Under the pieces are notes generated by a model. That model was not told the origin of the DNA. It worked only from the letters and a program-made list of their open reading frames with translations, and ran no database searches. The translations under genes were made by a program, and so were the position numbers. A DNA stretch of 64,000 nucleotides from Nitrososphaerota archaeon (lineage in GTDB: Archaea > Thermoproteota > Nitrososphaeria_A > Caldarchaeales > Calditenuaceae), in NCBI GenBank assembly GCA_041641295.1, contig JBEPYO010000001.1, forward strand, positions 128,001-192,000, written 5' to 3'. Positions 1 to 8,705 of this stretch are shown one piece after another; within the stretch, counting starts at the first letter, position 1, and the number at the start of each line of letters is the position of its first letter.

Positions 1-3000
1 GGAAAGACTGTTTCAAGGAACGAGCTTCTATCCATCTTAGCCGCGGCAAACATCAGGCCTAGCGGGTTCAACATCATAACCCAAGGGGCGGTTCTAAGCA
101 TCGCTGAAAAAAGCCCAGAAGAGTTGCGTAAAATTATAGACGAGGTCGCGGGCGTCTCAGAGTTTGATCGCCGCAAGGCAGAGGCTATGAAGGAGCTTGA
201 GGTCGCTGAGAAGAATGTGGCCATTGCGCGGGCGGGCCTGAGCGAGTTGCGGAGCAGGGTTAAGCAGCTAGAGCTGGAGATGAGCAGGCTATCTAGAAAC
301 CAGCTCATCTCGAGATACCTCTCACAGCTCAGAAGGCAGAAGCTTCTGGAAGAACTCAAAGAACTGGACGGCAAGGTTTTATCCCTAGAAGACGAGGAGC
401 GCGCACTCGAAGAGGAGCGGGCAAGAGTTTCACGAGACGTTGAAAACCTGCTAAGGGAGAGACAGGACAAGCTCCTGCAAGCTAAAAACGTGGAGGCCGA
501 GCTAGCCGAGATTCAAAACAGGATAAACAGCATGAGGCTAACACACCAAGGTCAAGGAACATCCCTTGAATCCATCAAGTCATCCATCAGGAATGATGGC
601 ACCAGATACTCCAAGTTGAAACAAGAGATTCGCGAATACTCGAAAAGAATCCAGGCAATGAAGCTGGAAATCAATGTGCTTGAACAGGAATATGTAGAAG
701 TTGAAAAGAGCTACCGCCAAAACCTAAGCGAACTTGAAGAACTAGAACGTCTCTTGAAGGATCTTAAAGATCAGAGATCTGGGCTACTTAACTCGCTGAA
801 GAAATGGCGGGATGCGATCACCTCTGTTGAGGCTCAGCGATCTAACTTGATGAAAGAGTTAAACCAAATAGAGGCCAAAATATCTCTGACCGAGCAGAGA
901 ATCAGCGAAGTCTCTCAAAGAATTGCAGAATATGAAAAAACACTCGAGAGAATCTCGTCTGATAGGAGTGTTATAGAAGCCGAGCTTAGCCGTAGTCGTG
1001 AGACTCTTGAGGAACTTGGCAATCGTTTAGCACAGTTAAACAATAACCTACAGATGCTCTCAAGAAGGATACAGGGCTATGAGGCCTTAGATAACGAGAT
1101 CAGGACTCGCGTTGAGGATCTGTTGAAGATGAGAGCGGAGGTTGAGGGTGCTCTGGCGGCTGTAGGCCTAGGTGAAATGCTTGAAGACAATTCTAAAGAT
1201 GGATCATCTCCAATCCACTCTAAACCCTTAAGGCTCAGAGACCTAATCCAGAGCCTCAACCCTCAACGCTTGGAACTCTCAACATACATTCTAGACTATC
1301 TGGACGCGTTGGTCGTTGAGGAAGATAGGCTCGCCTTAGCCCTCGCTAAAACTGCGGCTGCAAAGGGTGTTAGGCTGTCAGTGATTAGCCTCGAAGGAGC
1401 CGGGAAAAGAGGCTGCGGCGGCACCAACTGCCTAGCCTGCACGCTTGCGGGACAAAACACCCGGCTGAGAGATATACTCCACTCAATCTTTCCAAGACAT
1501 GTTCTAAGCGCTGATAGTGTGCCCGAGCAAGGTCAGCCAACCGTAACTCAGGATGGCATACACTATAACGGGTTTGGGGTGTTCACGGTTCTAGCAGAGG
1601 TGGGCTTAAAGAAGAGGTTAGATAAGCTCCGGGCAGAATTAGAGGAGACCATAAAGGCTGTTGAAGAGGTGGGAGCGGAGTGTGCTGCCACCCTCAGCAA
1701 GTTGAGGGAGGAGTATAGACTGGCTGAGGAAGAGGTAGCGAATACCATCATTCAGAGACGAGAGGCTGAGGCGCGTATAAGAAGCCTGTCCCAGAGGCTT
1801 GAGGAGCTACGCGAAGAGGAAAAGAGGGTGACAGAGAGGGTTAAGGGCCTGAGAAGCGAGCTGTCAAACCTAGAGGGTCAACGGAACAATCTCTTCGAGA
1901 ATCTTGAGAAGGTTAGAAAGAGGTTAGACGAGATTAAAGAGCCCGAATCCGTTGAGACCGGAACCCTCCAAGCCCAGCTAGAAGATCTAAACTCCAAGAT
2001 TAACGCCCTCGAGCGTAGGGTTGGGGAAGTGAGCTCTACTATCAGGTCTCTCAGAGAGCGGCTAGAAAGGAATGAGAATAGTCGCAACCAGATAGTCGTT
2101 AGGATAGGACAAGCTGAGAGGGATCTTGAGAGGTTGTGGCGAGAGGCTGAGGAGTCTAAGAGGAGATTGGCTAGTTATGCGCGGCTCTACTTGGAGTCTT
2201 GGAGAAAGTCCTCAGAAGAGGGTGATGAGCTCAGCGTATTGTCAAGGAGGGTTTCTGAGCTGCTTAAAGTTCGGGGGGCTTTAAGCGAAGAGCTGGCCGT
2301 CCTCGAGAACAGGATTGAAGAGGGGAGGACAAGGCTACTATCGATCGAGACGCGGGCACGGAACCTTGCAGTAGCTCGTGTGGAGCTGAGCATGAGGAGG
2401 AACTCTATATTTGAGCGGCTATCCTCTATGACTGAGCCACCTCTAGAGGATTTATCGCTTCTCCCCCGCGAGCTTAAAGAGAGCATTGAGAAGGAGTTAG
2501 AGGTCGAGTTGAGTGAAATAGGTATGGTGAATCAGCTCGCATCTATGCAGTATTCAGAGCAAATAGTAGAGTATAGGAGCCGCTCGGGGAACGTGGCTCT
2601 GCTCGAGGAGGAGAGGAGGAAGATACTCGAGATATTGGAGATGCTTGATGCGAAGAAGCTGGAGGTCTTCATGAAGACGTTCAACAAGGTCTCTGAAGGG
2701 TTTGGCAAGTATTTCACGGCCCTAACTGGTGGCACGGCGTGGCTCGAGTTCTCAGACCCAGAAAACCCCCTCCAGTCAGGGGTTGAAATGGTTGTCGCTT
2801 TCCCCGGCAAATCCCCCAGGCCCTCCAAGAGTATTAGCGGAGGGGAGAAATCGGTCGCGGCAGTAGCACTCCTAATGGCGTTCCAAGGTCTAACTCCGGC
2901 TGACTTCTTAATAATGGATGAGGTTGACGCCCACATGGATGCAAACTATAGCAAGAACTTGGCCTCCCTTTTGAAGGAGTTCTCCAAGAGGGCGCAGGTC

Positions 3001-3117
3001 ATAGCGGTCAGTCTGAAGGATGTTATCGCTGAGAAGGGGGATCAGCTTATAGGGGTCTATAATCAGGGGGGTGAGTCTAGAATTGTTGTCACGAGGTTCG
3101 AGGAAAGTCAAGCCTGA
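1..3117 (+). CDS. smc: Chromosome segregation protein SMC (5'-partial, starts before window)
   Basis: Frame is open from base 1 (GKTVSRNELL...FNIITQG, Q-loop); long coiled coils around a hinge-like segment; signature ISGGEKS, Walker B/D-loop FLIMDEVDAHMD; followed by scpA/scpB. Confidence 0.95.
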   Translation, partial: GKTVSRNELLSILAAANIRPSGFNIITQGAVLSIAEKSPEELRKIIDEVAGVSEFDRRKAEAMKELEVAEKNVAIARAGLSELRSRVKQLELEMSRLSRNQLISRYLSQLRRQKLLEELKELDGKVLSLEDEERALEEERARVSRDVENLLRERQDKLLQAKNVEAELAEIQNRINSMRLTHQGQGTSLESIKSSIRNDGTRYSKLKQEIREYSKRIQAMKLEINVLEQEYVEVEKSYRQNLSELEELERLLKDLKDQRSGLLNSLKKWRDAITSVEAQRSNLMKELNQIEAKISLTEQRISEVSQRIAEYEKTLERISSDRSVIEAELSRSRETLEELGNRLAQLNNNLQMLSRRIQGYEALDNEIRTRVEDLLKMRAEVEGALAAVGLGEMLEDNSKDGSSPIHSKPLRLRDLIQSLNPQRLELSTYILDYLDALVVEEDRLALALAKTAAAKGVRLSVISLEGAGKRGCGGTNCLACTLAGQNTRLRDILHSIFPRHVLSADSVPEQGQPTVTQDGIHYNGFGVFTVLAEVGLKKRLDKLRAELEETIKAVEEVGAECAATLSKLREEYRLAEEEVANTIIQRREAEARIRSLSQRLEELREEEKRVTERVKGLRSELSNLEGQRNNLFENLEKVRKRLDEIKEPESVETGTLQAQLEDLNSKINALERRVGEVSSTIRSLRERLERNENSRNQIVVRIGQAERDLERLWREAEESKRRLASYARLYLESWRKSSEEGDELSVLSRRVSELLKVRGALSEELAVLENRIEEGRTRLLSIETRARNLAVARVELSMRRNSIFERLSSMTEPPLEDLSLLPRELKESIEKELEVELSEIGMVNQLASMQYSEQIVEYRSRSGNVALLEEERRKILEILEMLDAKKLEVFMKTFNKVSEGFGKYFTALTGGTAWLEFSDPENPLQSGVEMVVAFPGKSPRPSKSISGGEKSVAAVALLMAFQGLTPADFLIMDEVDAHMDANYSKNLASLLKEFSKRAQVIAVSLKDVIAEKGDQLIGVYNQGGESRIVVTRFEESQA

Positions 3118-3748
3118 GGATATTGACTGGCATATTCTTTTAGCAGTTCATCTGCTCAGTAAGTCAATTATACTCCGGCTTAACCTGATTTCAATCCTCG
3201 CGCAGTTTAGAGAGGTGGTTTCCTCCGAGCAGCTAACCCTTCCGCAGGAGGGAGTGGCGCTCTGGGGGGCTTCATACATCCACCGCCTGAGGTCTGAGCA
3301 CCTTTTCCAGCCCGCGAGGGAGTCTGAGGATAGGCCGAAGCCCAACCTAATTGTGCCGCCCTTAATAGACATTCCGGTTAAACCCGGAATGCTCTCAACG
3401 ACCATCCTAGAGATAGTCAGCGCCCTGAGAGCGGTCATGGAGTCTGCTACACCCACGCCGGCGACCACAAGTATGCTACAGACCGACATAAACCTGGACA
3501 GATATCTGGTCAAGATTGAGGAGGAGATCGAAGACTTCATAAAATTCCTCGAAAACCTCCTCTCCGAGGCTGATACCCTCCCGTTAGTCGAGCTCTTCCG
3601 AGGGGTGGATAGGCTTGAGGCCGCTAGGAGGTTTATCTTCCTACTCATCGCAGCTGGTCGGGGTGTGGTGGAGCTTTACGAGGATGAGCAGACAGGCCGT
3701 ATATTCTTGAGGTGGAGGGGGGCTAATGTCCAAGAAAGCCAGGCATGA
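3071..3748 (+). CDS. scpA: Kleisin ScpA
   Basis: Between smc and scpB; N-terminal kleisin-like helices (GVALWGASYIHRLRSE) and C-terminal winged helix (ARRFIFLLIAAGRGVVELYEDE). Start may be TTG 3083/3086. Confidence 0.85.
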   Translation: MSLELLSRGSRKVKPEDIDWHILLAVHLLSKSIILRLNLISILAQFREVVSSEQLTLPQEGVALWGASYIHRLRSEHLFQPARESEDRPKPNLIVPPLIDIPVKPGMLSTTILEIVSALRAVMESATPTPATTSMLQTDINLDRYLVKIEEEIEDFIKFLENLLSEADTLPLVELFRGVDRLEAARRFIFLLIAAGRGVVELYEDEQTGRIFLRWRGANVQESQA

Positions 3749-4310
3749 GGCCGAGGGGCGGAGTGAGGCGCTCGCCAAGCCCATAATAGAGGCAGCTCTA
3801 TTCCTGAGTGACAGGCCACTTACACTGGAGAGGCTCCGATCGCTCTCTGGCTTAAAGAGTAGGAAGAGCGTGGAGGCGGTCCTCGAGGAGCTGAGAAGGG
3901 AGTATGAAGAGTCTGGGAGGGCGTTCACAATCTCTAGGTTTAGGGGGGAGAGGTTTATGATGCATGTTAAGCCCGAATGGCTTGCACTGGTGAAAAGGCA
4001 TGTGGGCAGGGCGGTGCTGGGTGTTGGGGTTCTCAGGACGCTCTCATTCATTGCCTATCACCAGCCCGTGGACAAGGCTACCGTGGCCGCGGTTAGGGGC
4101 GGCCGGGCTTATGCCCAGATCAGAGAGTTGGTTGAGCGCGGGTTAGTCGAGATAGAGAAGAAGGGTCGCACATCCCTGCTAAGGACGACAAAGCTCTTCG
4201 CAGAGCTTTTAGGCGTGGAGGACAACCCCGCCGCCATAAGGCGGAAGATACAGGAGGCCATGCCTCAACCAGCAGACCAGCCAACAACCGGTGAAGGAAA
4301 TAATCCCTAG
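3726..4310 (+). CDS. scpB: Segregation/condensation protein ScpB
   Basis: IEAALFLSDRPL, LRTLSFIAYHQPV, VRG, LVERGLV, RTTKLFAELLG match ScpB. Confidence 0.95.
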   Translation: MSKKARHEAEGRSEALAKPIIEAALFLSDRPLTLERLRSLSGLKSRKSVEAVLEELRREYEESGRAFTISRFRGERFMMHVKPEWLALVKRHVGRAVLGVGVLRTLSFIAYHQPVDKATVAAVRGGRAYAQIRELVERGLVEIEKKGRTSLLRTTKLFAELLGVEDNPAAIRRKIQEAMPQPADQPTTGEGNNP

Positions 4311-4370
4311 AGCTGGGGGAATAAATCTATCAGGCACCAAATACACGAGTTCAACACGGCAGGATAGGAG

Positions 4371-4937
4371 TTGTCAAGCCCTCAGACACGATTCATATCA
4401 CGTATCCCGCTGGAGAGGGTCGCAGTATTAGTTGGGACTGGAGGACGGGTAAAGAAAGAGATCGAGGAGAGGCTGGGCGTGTCGCTCAAAATAGACTCTA
4501 GGGAGGGCATAGTTGAGATAGCACCGAAGCCCGAGGCCGGCAGGAATTGGGACCCGGTAAACCTCTTCAAGGCGAGAGACATTGTTGAGGCCATCGGCTT
4601 CGGCTTCAGCCCTGACCGAGCGATGGCTCTGGCACAGGACGACATGGTCCTATCAGTCATTGATTTAACGACCTACACGGGCAAAGATAAGGAAGACATG
4701 ACAAGAATTAAGGCTCGGATAATAGGCTCCGGAGGGAAGACTCGAAGAATAATTGAAGAGACGGCGCATGTCTACGTCTCGGTTGGTCAAGACACTGTAG
4801 CCATCATAGGGAGTACGAGGGATGTGGAGGCTGCTAAGGAGGCGGTCGAGATGCTGATCAACGGCGCACCCCACAGCTCGGTATACAAGTTCCTAGATGG
4901 GTACGCCCAGAAGAGGAAGTTCACACGGTTCTACTGA
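4371..4937 (+). CDS. KH-domain pre-rRNA processing protein (Dim2/Pno1-like)
   Basis: KH GxxG loops LVGTGGRVK and RIIGSGGKTRRIIEE; AIGFGFSPDRA; GAPHSSVY; typical position upstream of top6B. Confidence 0.9.
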   Translation: MSSPQTRFISRIPLERVAVLVGTGGRVKKEIEERLGVSLKIDSREGIVEIAPKPEAGRNWDPVNLFKARDIVEAIGFGFSPDRAMALAQDDMVLSVIDLTTYTGKDKEDMTRIKARIIGSGGKTRRIIEETAHVYVSVGQDTVAIIGSTRDVEAAKEAVEMLINGAPHSSVYKFLDGYAQKRKFTRFY

Positions 4938-5047
4938 GCGGTCTATGCCCCACTAAACGGCAGAACCAGCCCTATTGGCTCAAAGGGTATTTTCGCCGCT
5001 TCCCGATGGGCATGAATCTATTAGGAGGTCGGAGAAAATATTGTTAG

Positions 5048-6634
5048 ATGGTTGAAGTAAAGTTTGAGCAGATCTCGCCGGCAGACTTCTTCTACCGTAA
5101 CCGAGACATAGCGGGGTTCAGCAGTCCGGCCAGATCTCTGTACATGAGCATCAGGGAGCTTGTAGAGAACTCCCTAGATGCATGTGAGGTGGGTAAAATA
5201 CTTCCCGAGATCTCGATCGAGCTAACTTCAGAGGGTGGCGAGGGTGAGAGTGGAAACGAGATATACCGTCTGGTTGTCAGGGACAACGGTATAGGTGTAG
5301 ATGGAGACAATATTCCCAAAGCCTTTGGCACAATCCTCTACGGAAGTAAATACGGCTTCAAGCAGTCTAGGGGGACATTCGGCGTTGGCGGGACAATGGC
5401 TCTACTATACGGGCAGATAACTACTAACAGGCCCTTCAAGATAATCTCGAGCCGGGGGAAGGGGAAGATATACGAGTACCAATTAATGATTGACATCGTT
5501 TCCAACGAGCCCCGTATAATCGATAAAAAAGTCATCGAGAACAATGATGGCTGGCATGGAACTATTGTAGACTTCACACTGGAGGCGGACTATAGTACGA
5601 GTAAACCCAAGATAGTAGAGTATCTAAAGATGACTTCTCTCATTAATCCACACGCTAACATCTCCTTCATAGACCCTAAGGGTCGCTTCTACTTCTTTAG
5701 GCGCGTCACCGAACAGGTTCCAGAGCCGCCTAAGGAGGCTAAGCCACATCCACAGGGGGTGGACGCGGAGACGGTGAGCAGGATTGCGGCCGAGACTAAG
5801 GCTAGGAGCGTGTTGAGGATGCTTGTTGAGGAGTTCCAGAGGGTTGGTGAGAAAACCGCGATGGATGTCCTGAAGCTTGCGGGCGTAGACCCTCATACGA
5901 GACCTCGGGATCTGACGCATGAACAGGTTGCCCAGCTCGTTAACGTGATGAGGAACTATCAGGGCTTTAGGGCCCCTGACACGTCCTCCCTATCTCCAGT
6001 GGGAGTGTCTTTCCTTGAGGCTGGTGTAAAGTCCCTGTTTAAGCCCGAGTTCTACCACATTGTCCAGAGACCACCATCGAGCTATTCGGGGATACCTTTT
6101 ATCGTAGAGGTGGCAGTGGCATGGGGTGGCACAATACCGCCCACGGAAGATATACACCTGTACCGCTTCGCCAATAAGATCCCACTCCTCTACGATGAGA
6201 GGGCAGATGTCTCATGGAAGGTGATATCTGAGAAAATCGACTGGGCTGCCTACAAGGTGCCTAAACAGGCCCCGCTCGCGGTTATAACTAGTATATGCTC
6301 GCCCAAAGTCCCCTACAAGACGGTAGGTAAGGAGGCGATAGCCGACAGGCCTGAGATCGAGAGGGAACTGACACTCGCGGTAAGAGAGTGTGCCAGATTC
6401 CTTAGAGGCTACCTAAGCAGACTTGAGAAGAAGGAGGCTGTGAAGAAGAGGCTGAACATTTACGCCAGATACCTCCCCAAAATTGCGAAATTCTCTGCAG
6501 AGCTTGCAGATAAAGAGCCGCCTCAGATAAAGAACCTTCTGAAGAAAATTGGAGTGACAGACGAGATGTTGAAGGAGGCTGCGAGGCTTGAGGCTGAAGA
6601 GGCAGAGCAGCTATACGAGTCTACTCCAAGCTAG
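5048..6634 (+). CDS. top6B: DNA topoisomerase VI subunit B
   Basis: GHKL motifs ELVENSLDACE, DNGIG, SRGTFGVG; H2TH region; RFANKIPLL transducer; VPYKTVGKEAIA. Confidence 0.97.
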   Translation: MVEVKFEQISPADFFYRNRDIAGFSSPARSLYMSIRELVENSLDACEVGKILPEISIELTSEGGEGESGNEIYRLVVRDNGIGVDGDNIPKAFGTILYGSKYGFKQSRGTFGVGGTMALLYGQITTNRPFKIISSRGKGKIYEYQLMIDIVSNEPRIIDKKVIENNDGWHGTIVDFTLEADYSTSKPKIVEYLKMTSLINPHANISFIDPKGRFYFFRRVTEQVPEPPKEAKPHPQGVDAETVSRIAAETKARSVLRMLVEEFQRVGEKTAMDVLKLAGVDPHTRPRDLTHEQVAQLVNVMRNYQGFRAPDTSSLSPVGVSFLEAGVKSLFKPEFYHIVQRPPSSYSGIPFIVEVAVAWGGTIPPTEDIHLYRFANKIPLLYDERADVSWKVISEKIDWAAYKVPKQAPLAVITSICSPKVPYKTVGKEAIADRPEIERELTLAVRECARFLRGYLSRLEKKEAVKKRLNIYARYLPKIAKFSAELADKEPPQIKNLLKKIGVTDEMLKEAARLEAEEAEQLYESTPS

Positions 6635-6661
6635 GTAGTAGGACTCGTTGAAGGTGTTGGC

Positions 6662-7189
6662 TTGGGTCTAGACATGGTCCCCCGCGTTGGGCTAATCCTA
6701 GTGGGGCATGGCGAGCCGCCGAGAGACCTCCCCCGACACACTATTAGGAAGTATTTCGAGCTGTTAGAGAAGAGGCGAACGGAAGAGGAGGATAAGCTTT
6801 TCCAACGTCTGGAGGAGGAGATAGTCAATAGGCAGAGGACGCCTGAGAACGACCCTTACTTCTATGGCTTAGTGGCGGTAGCAGAAGAGCTGAAGAGGTT
6901 GCAGAGATTCAAACAAGTTTGGGTTGCCTTCAATGAATTCTGTAGACCTACGCTGCTGGAGGCCCTCAGAGAGGCATGCGAATCGGAAGTTGACGTAATA
7001 GTTGTGGCTACTGTCATGTTGACGCGGGGCGGACACCACTCTGAGGAGGAAATACCTTCCACCATTGAGCAGGCCAAGACATTCTGTAAGAAGCCGATAA
7101 TCTATGTCTGGCCTATTGACCCGACAGACTTCGCGCAATTCCTTCTAAGCCAAGTTGAGAAGGCCTTGACGAGAAACCTGTCTGCCTAG
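6662..7189 (+). CDS. CbiX/SirB-family tetrapyrrole chelatase (short form)
   Basis: LILVGHG, AFNEFCRPTL, GGHHSEEEIP class II chelatase motifs; ATG 6674 is an alternative start. Confidence 0.8.
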   Translation: MGLDMVPRVGLILVGHGEPPRDLPRHTIRKYFELLEKRRTEEEDKLFQRLEEEIVNRQRTPENDPYFYGLVAVAEELKRLQRFKQVWVAFNEFCRPTLLEALREACESEVDVIVVATVMLTRGGHHSEEEIPSTIEQAKTFCKKPIIYVWPIDPTDFAQFLLSQVEKALTRNLSA

Positions 7190-7854
7190 AGCGTGTCTAA
7201 ATGAACGTGGGCGTGTCTTTCATGTAGCTCTACGAGGGCGCAGTATCCCTCTTTGGCTGGGCCGGCATTTACGACGGGTATTTCACCCAGATATGATATC
7301 CCCCTCGCCTCGTGGACATGTCCGCAGCATACGACGATCGGCTTATAACGCTCAATGAACCTTCTAATGGACGCGCTCCCCAAGTCCACGCCTGACCCTG
7401 CCCTTGAGACCTCAACACCTGTCGGAGGGTTATGTGAGACGAGAACCCAGTCAGTCAACCCCTCACCCACCAACCCCCTCAATAGTTCCTCAAGCTCATC
7501 CTCACTGAACTCAATCCACGTACCTCGGTGTGGTGTAGTTTTACTACCACCAACCCCCACGAATGTGTAGCCTGAAAGCTGGGTTTTCTTGGCGTGTATG
7601 TTGAAGAGGTTTTGGGATCTAGGGCTGTGGGTGATCAACTGTGGGGGGTCGCAGTTGCCAGGCACAAAGAGGACAGGCGCGCCCGCGTCTTCCGCGATCG
7701 CTGATAAGATCTTTTCAGCCTCTTCTACTGAGCCGAAGTTAGTGATGTCGCCTACAGCAAGAACAGCGTCAGCCCCCACTTGCTTTGCCTTCCTCCCCAC
7801 CATTGCCGCACCTCTACTAGACCCGTGAATATCGCTTACCTGCAGTATTATCAT
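7186..7854 (-). CDS. Calcineurin-like metallophosphoesterase
   Basis: DIHG, GD, GNCD, HNPP, GHVH motifs. Confidence 0.9.
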   Translation of the reverse strand: MIILQVSDIHGSSRGAAMVGRKAKQVGADAVLAVGDITNFGSVEEAEKILSAIAEDAGAPVLFVPGNCDPPQLITHSPRSQNLFNIHAKKTQLSGYTFVGVGGSKTTPHRGTWIEFSEDELEELLRGLVGEGLTDWVLVSHNPPTGVEVSRAGSGVDLGSASIRRFIERYKPIVVCCGHVHEARGISYLGEIPVVNAGPAKEGYCALVELHERHAHVHLDTL

Positions 7855-7876
7855 GACATTGGGAAATTGTCGGGCT

Positions 7877-8530
7877 TCAATATATTAATGATGCTCTACC
7901 ACGTTCACGGATAGTCTCATACTGGAGCAGTGCCTCTAGTGCCAGTTTCTTGAGGGCTGCCTTCAAGTATCTGTATACTGTGGACTTTGAGAGACCGAGT
8001 TCAGATGCAACTTCCGAGAGAGTACACTCACGCGGGCTGTTGAAGTAGCCCATCTTCATAGCTGTGACAAGCACGAGATACTGCTTTCGTGTAAGATCTC
8101 TCGGAAGAATGAGGTTAGACTCCTCCACCACTTCAACATCTTTCCCGGCCGCGGCCAGACTCTGCAAAATCCTTTTAGAAACGCGTGGGCTAGGCGTTAT
8201 CAGGTTAAAGATTATCCCAGTCTTCGGTATGTAAATGGCCTGCCTCGGTATGCAGGGTGTCTTGGAGATTACTTTACAGGCCGTGCAGCTGGGTGACTCG
8301 ATAAGCAGGAGGCCGCTCGAGAGGCGATATACAGAAGAGCCGGGGACCTTAAGATTCCGTCCCTTCACACCCCCGTCGCTCCGGGTTAGCTGGATAAGAT
8401 GGGTGGAGCAGGTCTCACCACATCTCAGATGCTTAAAAACCCCCTCAATCGACCCCGTCTCGAGAAGGCGGCAAACTTTACAGTCGGTATTACGGACTAG
8501 GATCAAGGTCCGAAAGGGGTAACCGGTCAT
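7877..8530 (-). CDS. HTH_10 (Bat/DmsR/NarO-like) transcriptional regulator with Cys-rich N-terminus
   Basis: C-terminal LTRKQ..VL..A.KMGYFNSPRECTLSEVASELGLSKSTV is the HTH_10 pattern; N-terminus has CKVC, CGETC, CTAC. Confidence 0.85.
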   Translation of the reverse strand: MTGYPFRTLILVRNTDCKVCRLLETGSIEGVFKHLRCGETCSTHLIQLTRSDGGVKGRNLKVPGSSVYRLSSGLLLIESPSCTACKVISKTPCIPRQAIYIPKTGIIFNLITPSPRVSKRILQSLAAAGKDVEVVEESNLILPRDLTRKQYLVLVTAMKMGYFNSPRECTLSEVASELGLSKSTVYRYLKAALKKLALEALLQYETIRERGRASLIY

Positions 8531-8609
8531 CTGGACCCTATATAAGGGGTGGAATATTTAATTCCTCCCTCTAATCGACGATTTTTGACCCGCTCGCTCT
8601 ATTAAATTG

Positions 8610-8669
8610 TATGCAAAAGTATGCAAAAATATGCAGAAAATCGGTGATAAAGGGAATCAGTGTTGCATA
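8610..8669. promoter_or_regulatory. Phased TATGCA repeat array in divergent promoter (putative operator)
   Basis: TATGCA at 8610, 8620 and 8630 (exact 10-bp period) plus inverted TGCATA at 8664-8669. Confidence 0.7.
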
Positions 8670-8705
8670 TCGTGGTTAAGGCTGTCCCGGCTATACTATT
8701 GTTTG

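Noticed and set aside
1-3117. Rad50/SbcC call because of the central CxxC
   Set aside because: Hinge remnants, Q-loop context and adjacent scpA/scpB indicate a true SMC; no mre11 nearby.
6632-6664. top6B and cbiX in the same frame across one TAG (readthrough or pyrrolysine)
   Set aside because: Top6B is full length, cbiX has its own start options, and no recoding signal is visible; same frame occurs one time in three by chance.
8607-8705. 33-codon N-terminal extension of NirK in the ORF track
   Set aside because: It runs over the promoter and repeat array; ATG 8706 gives a proper signal peptide.
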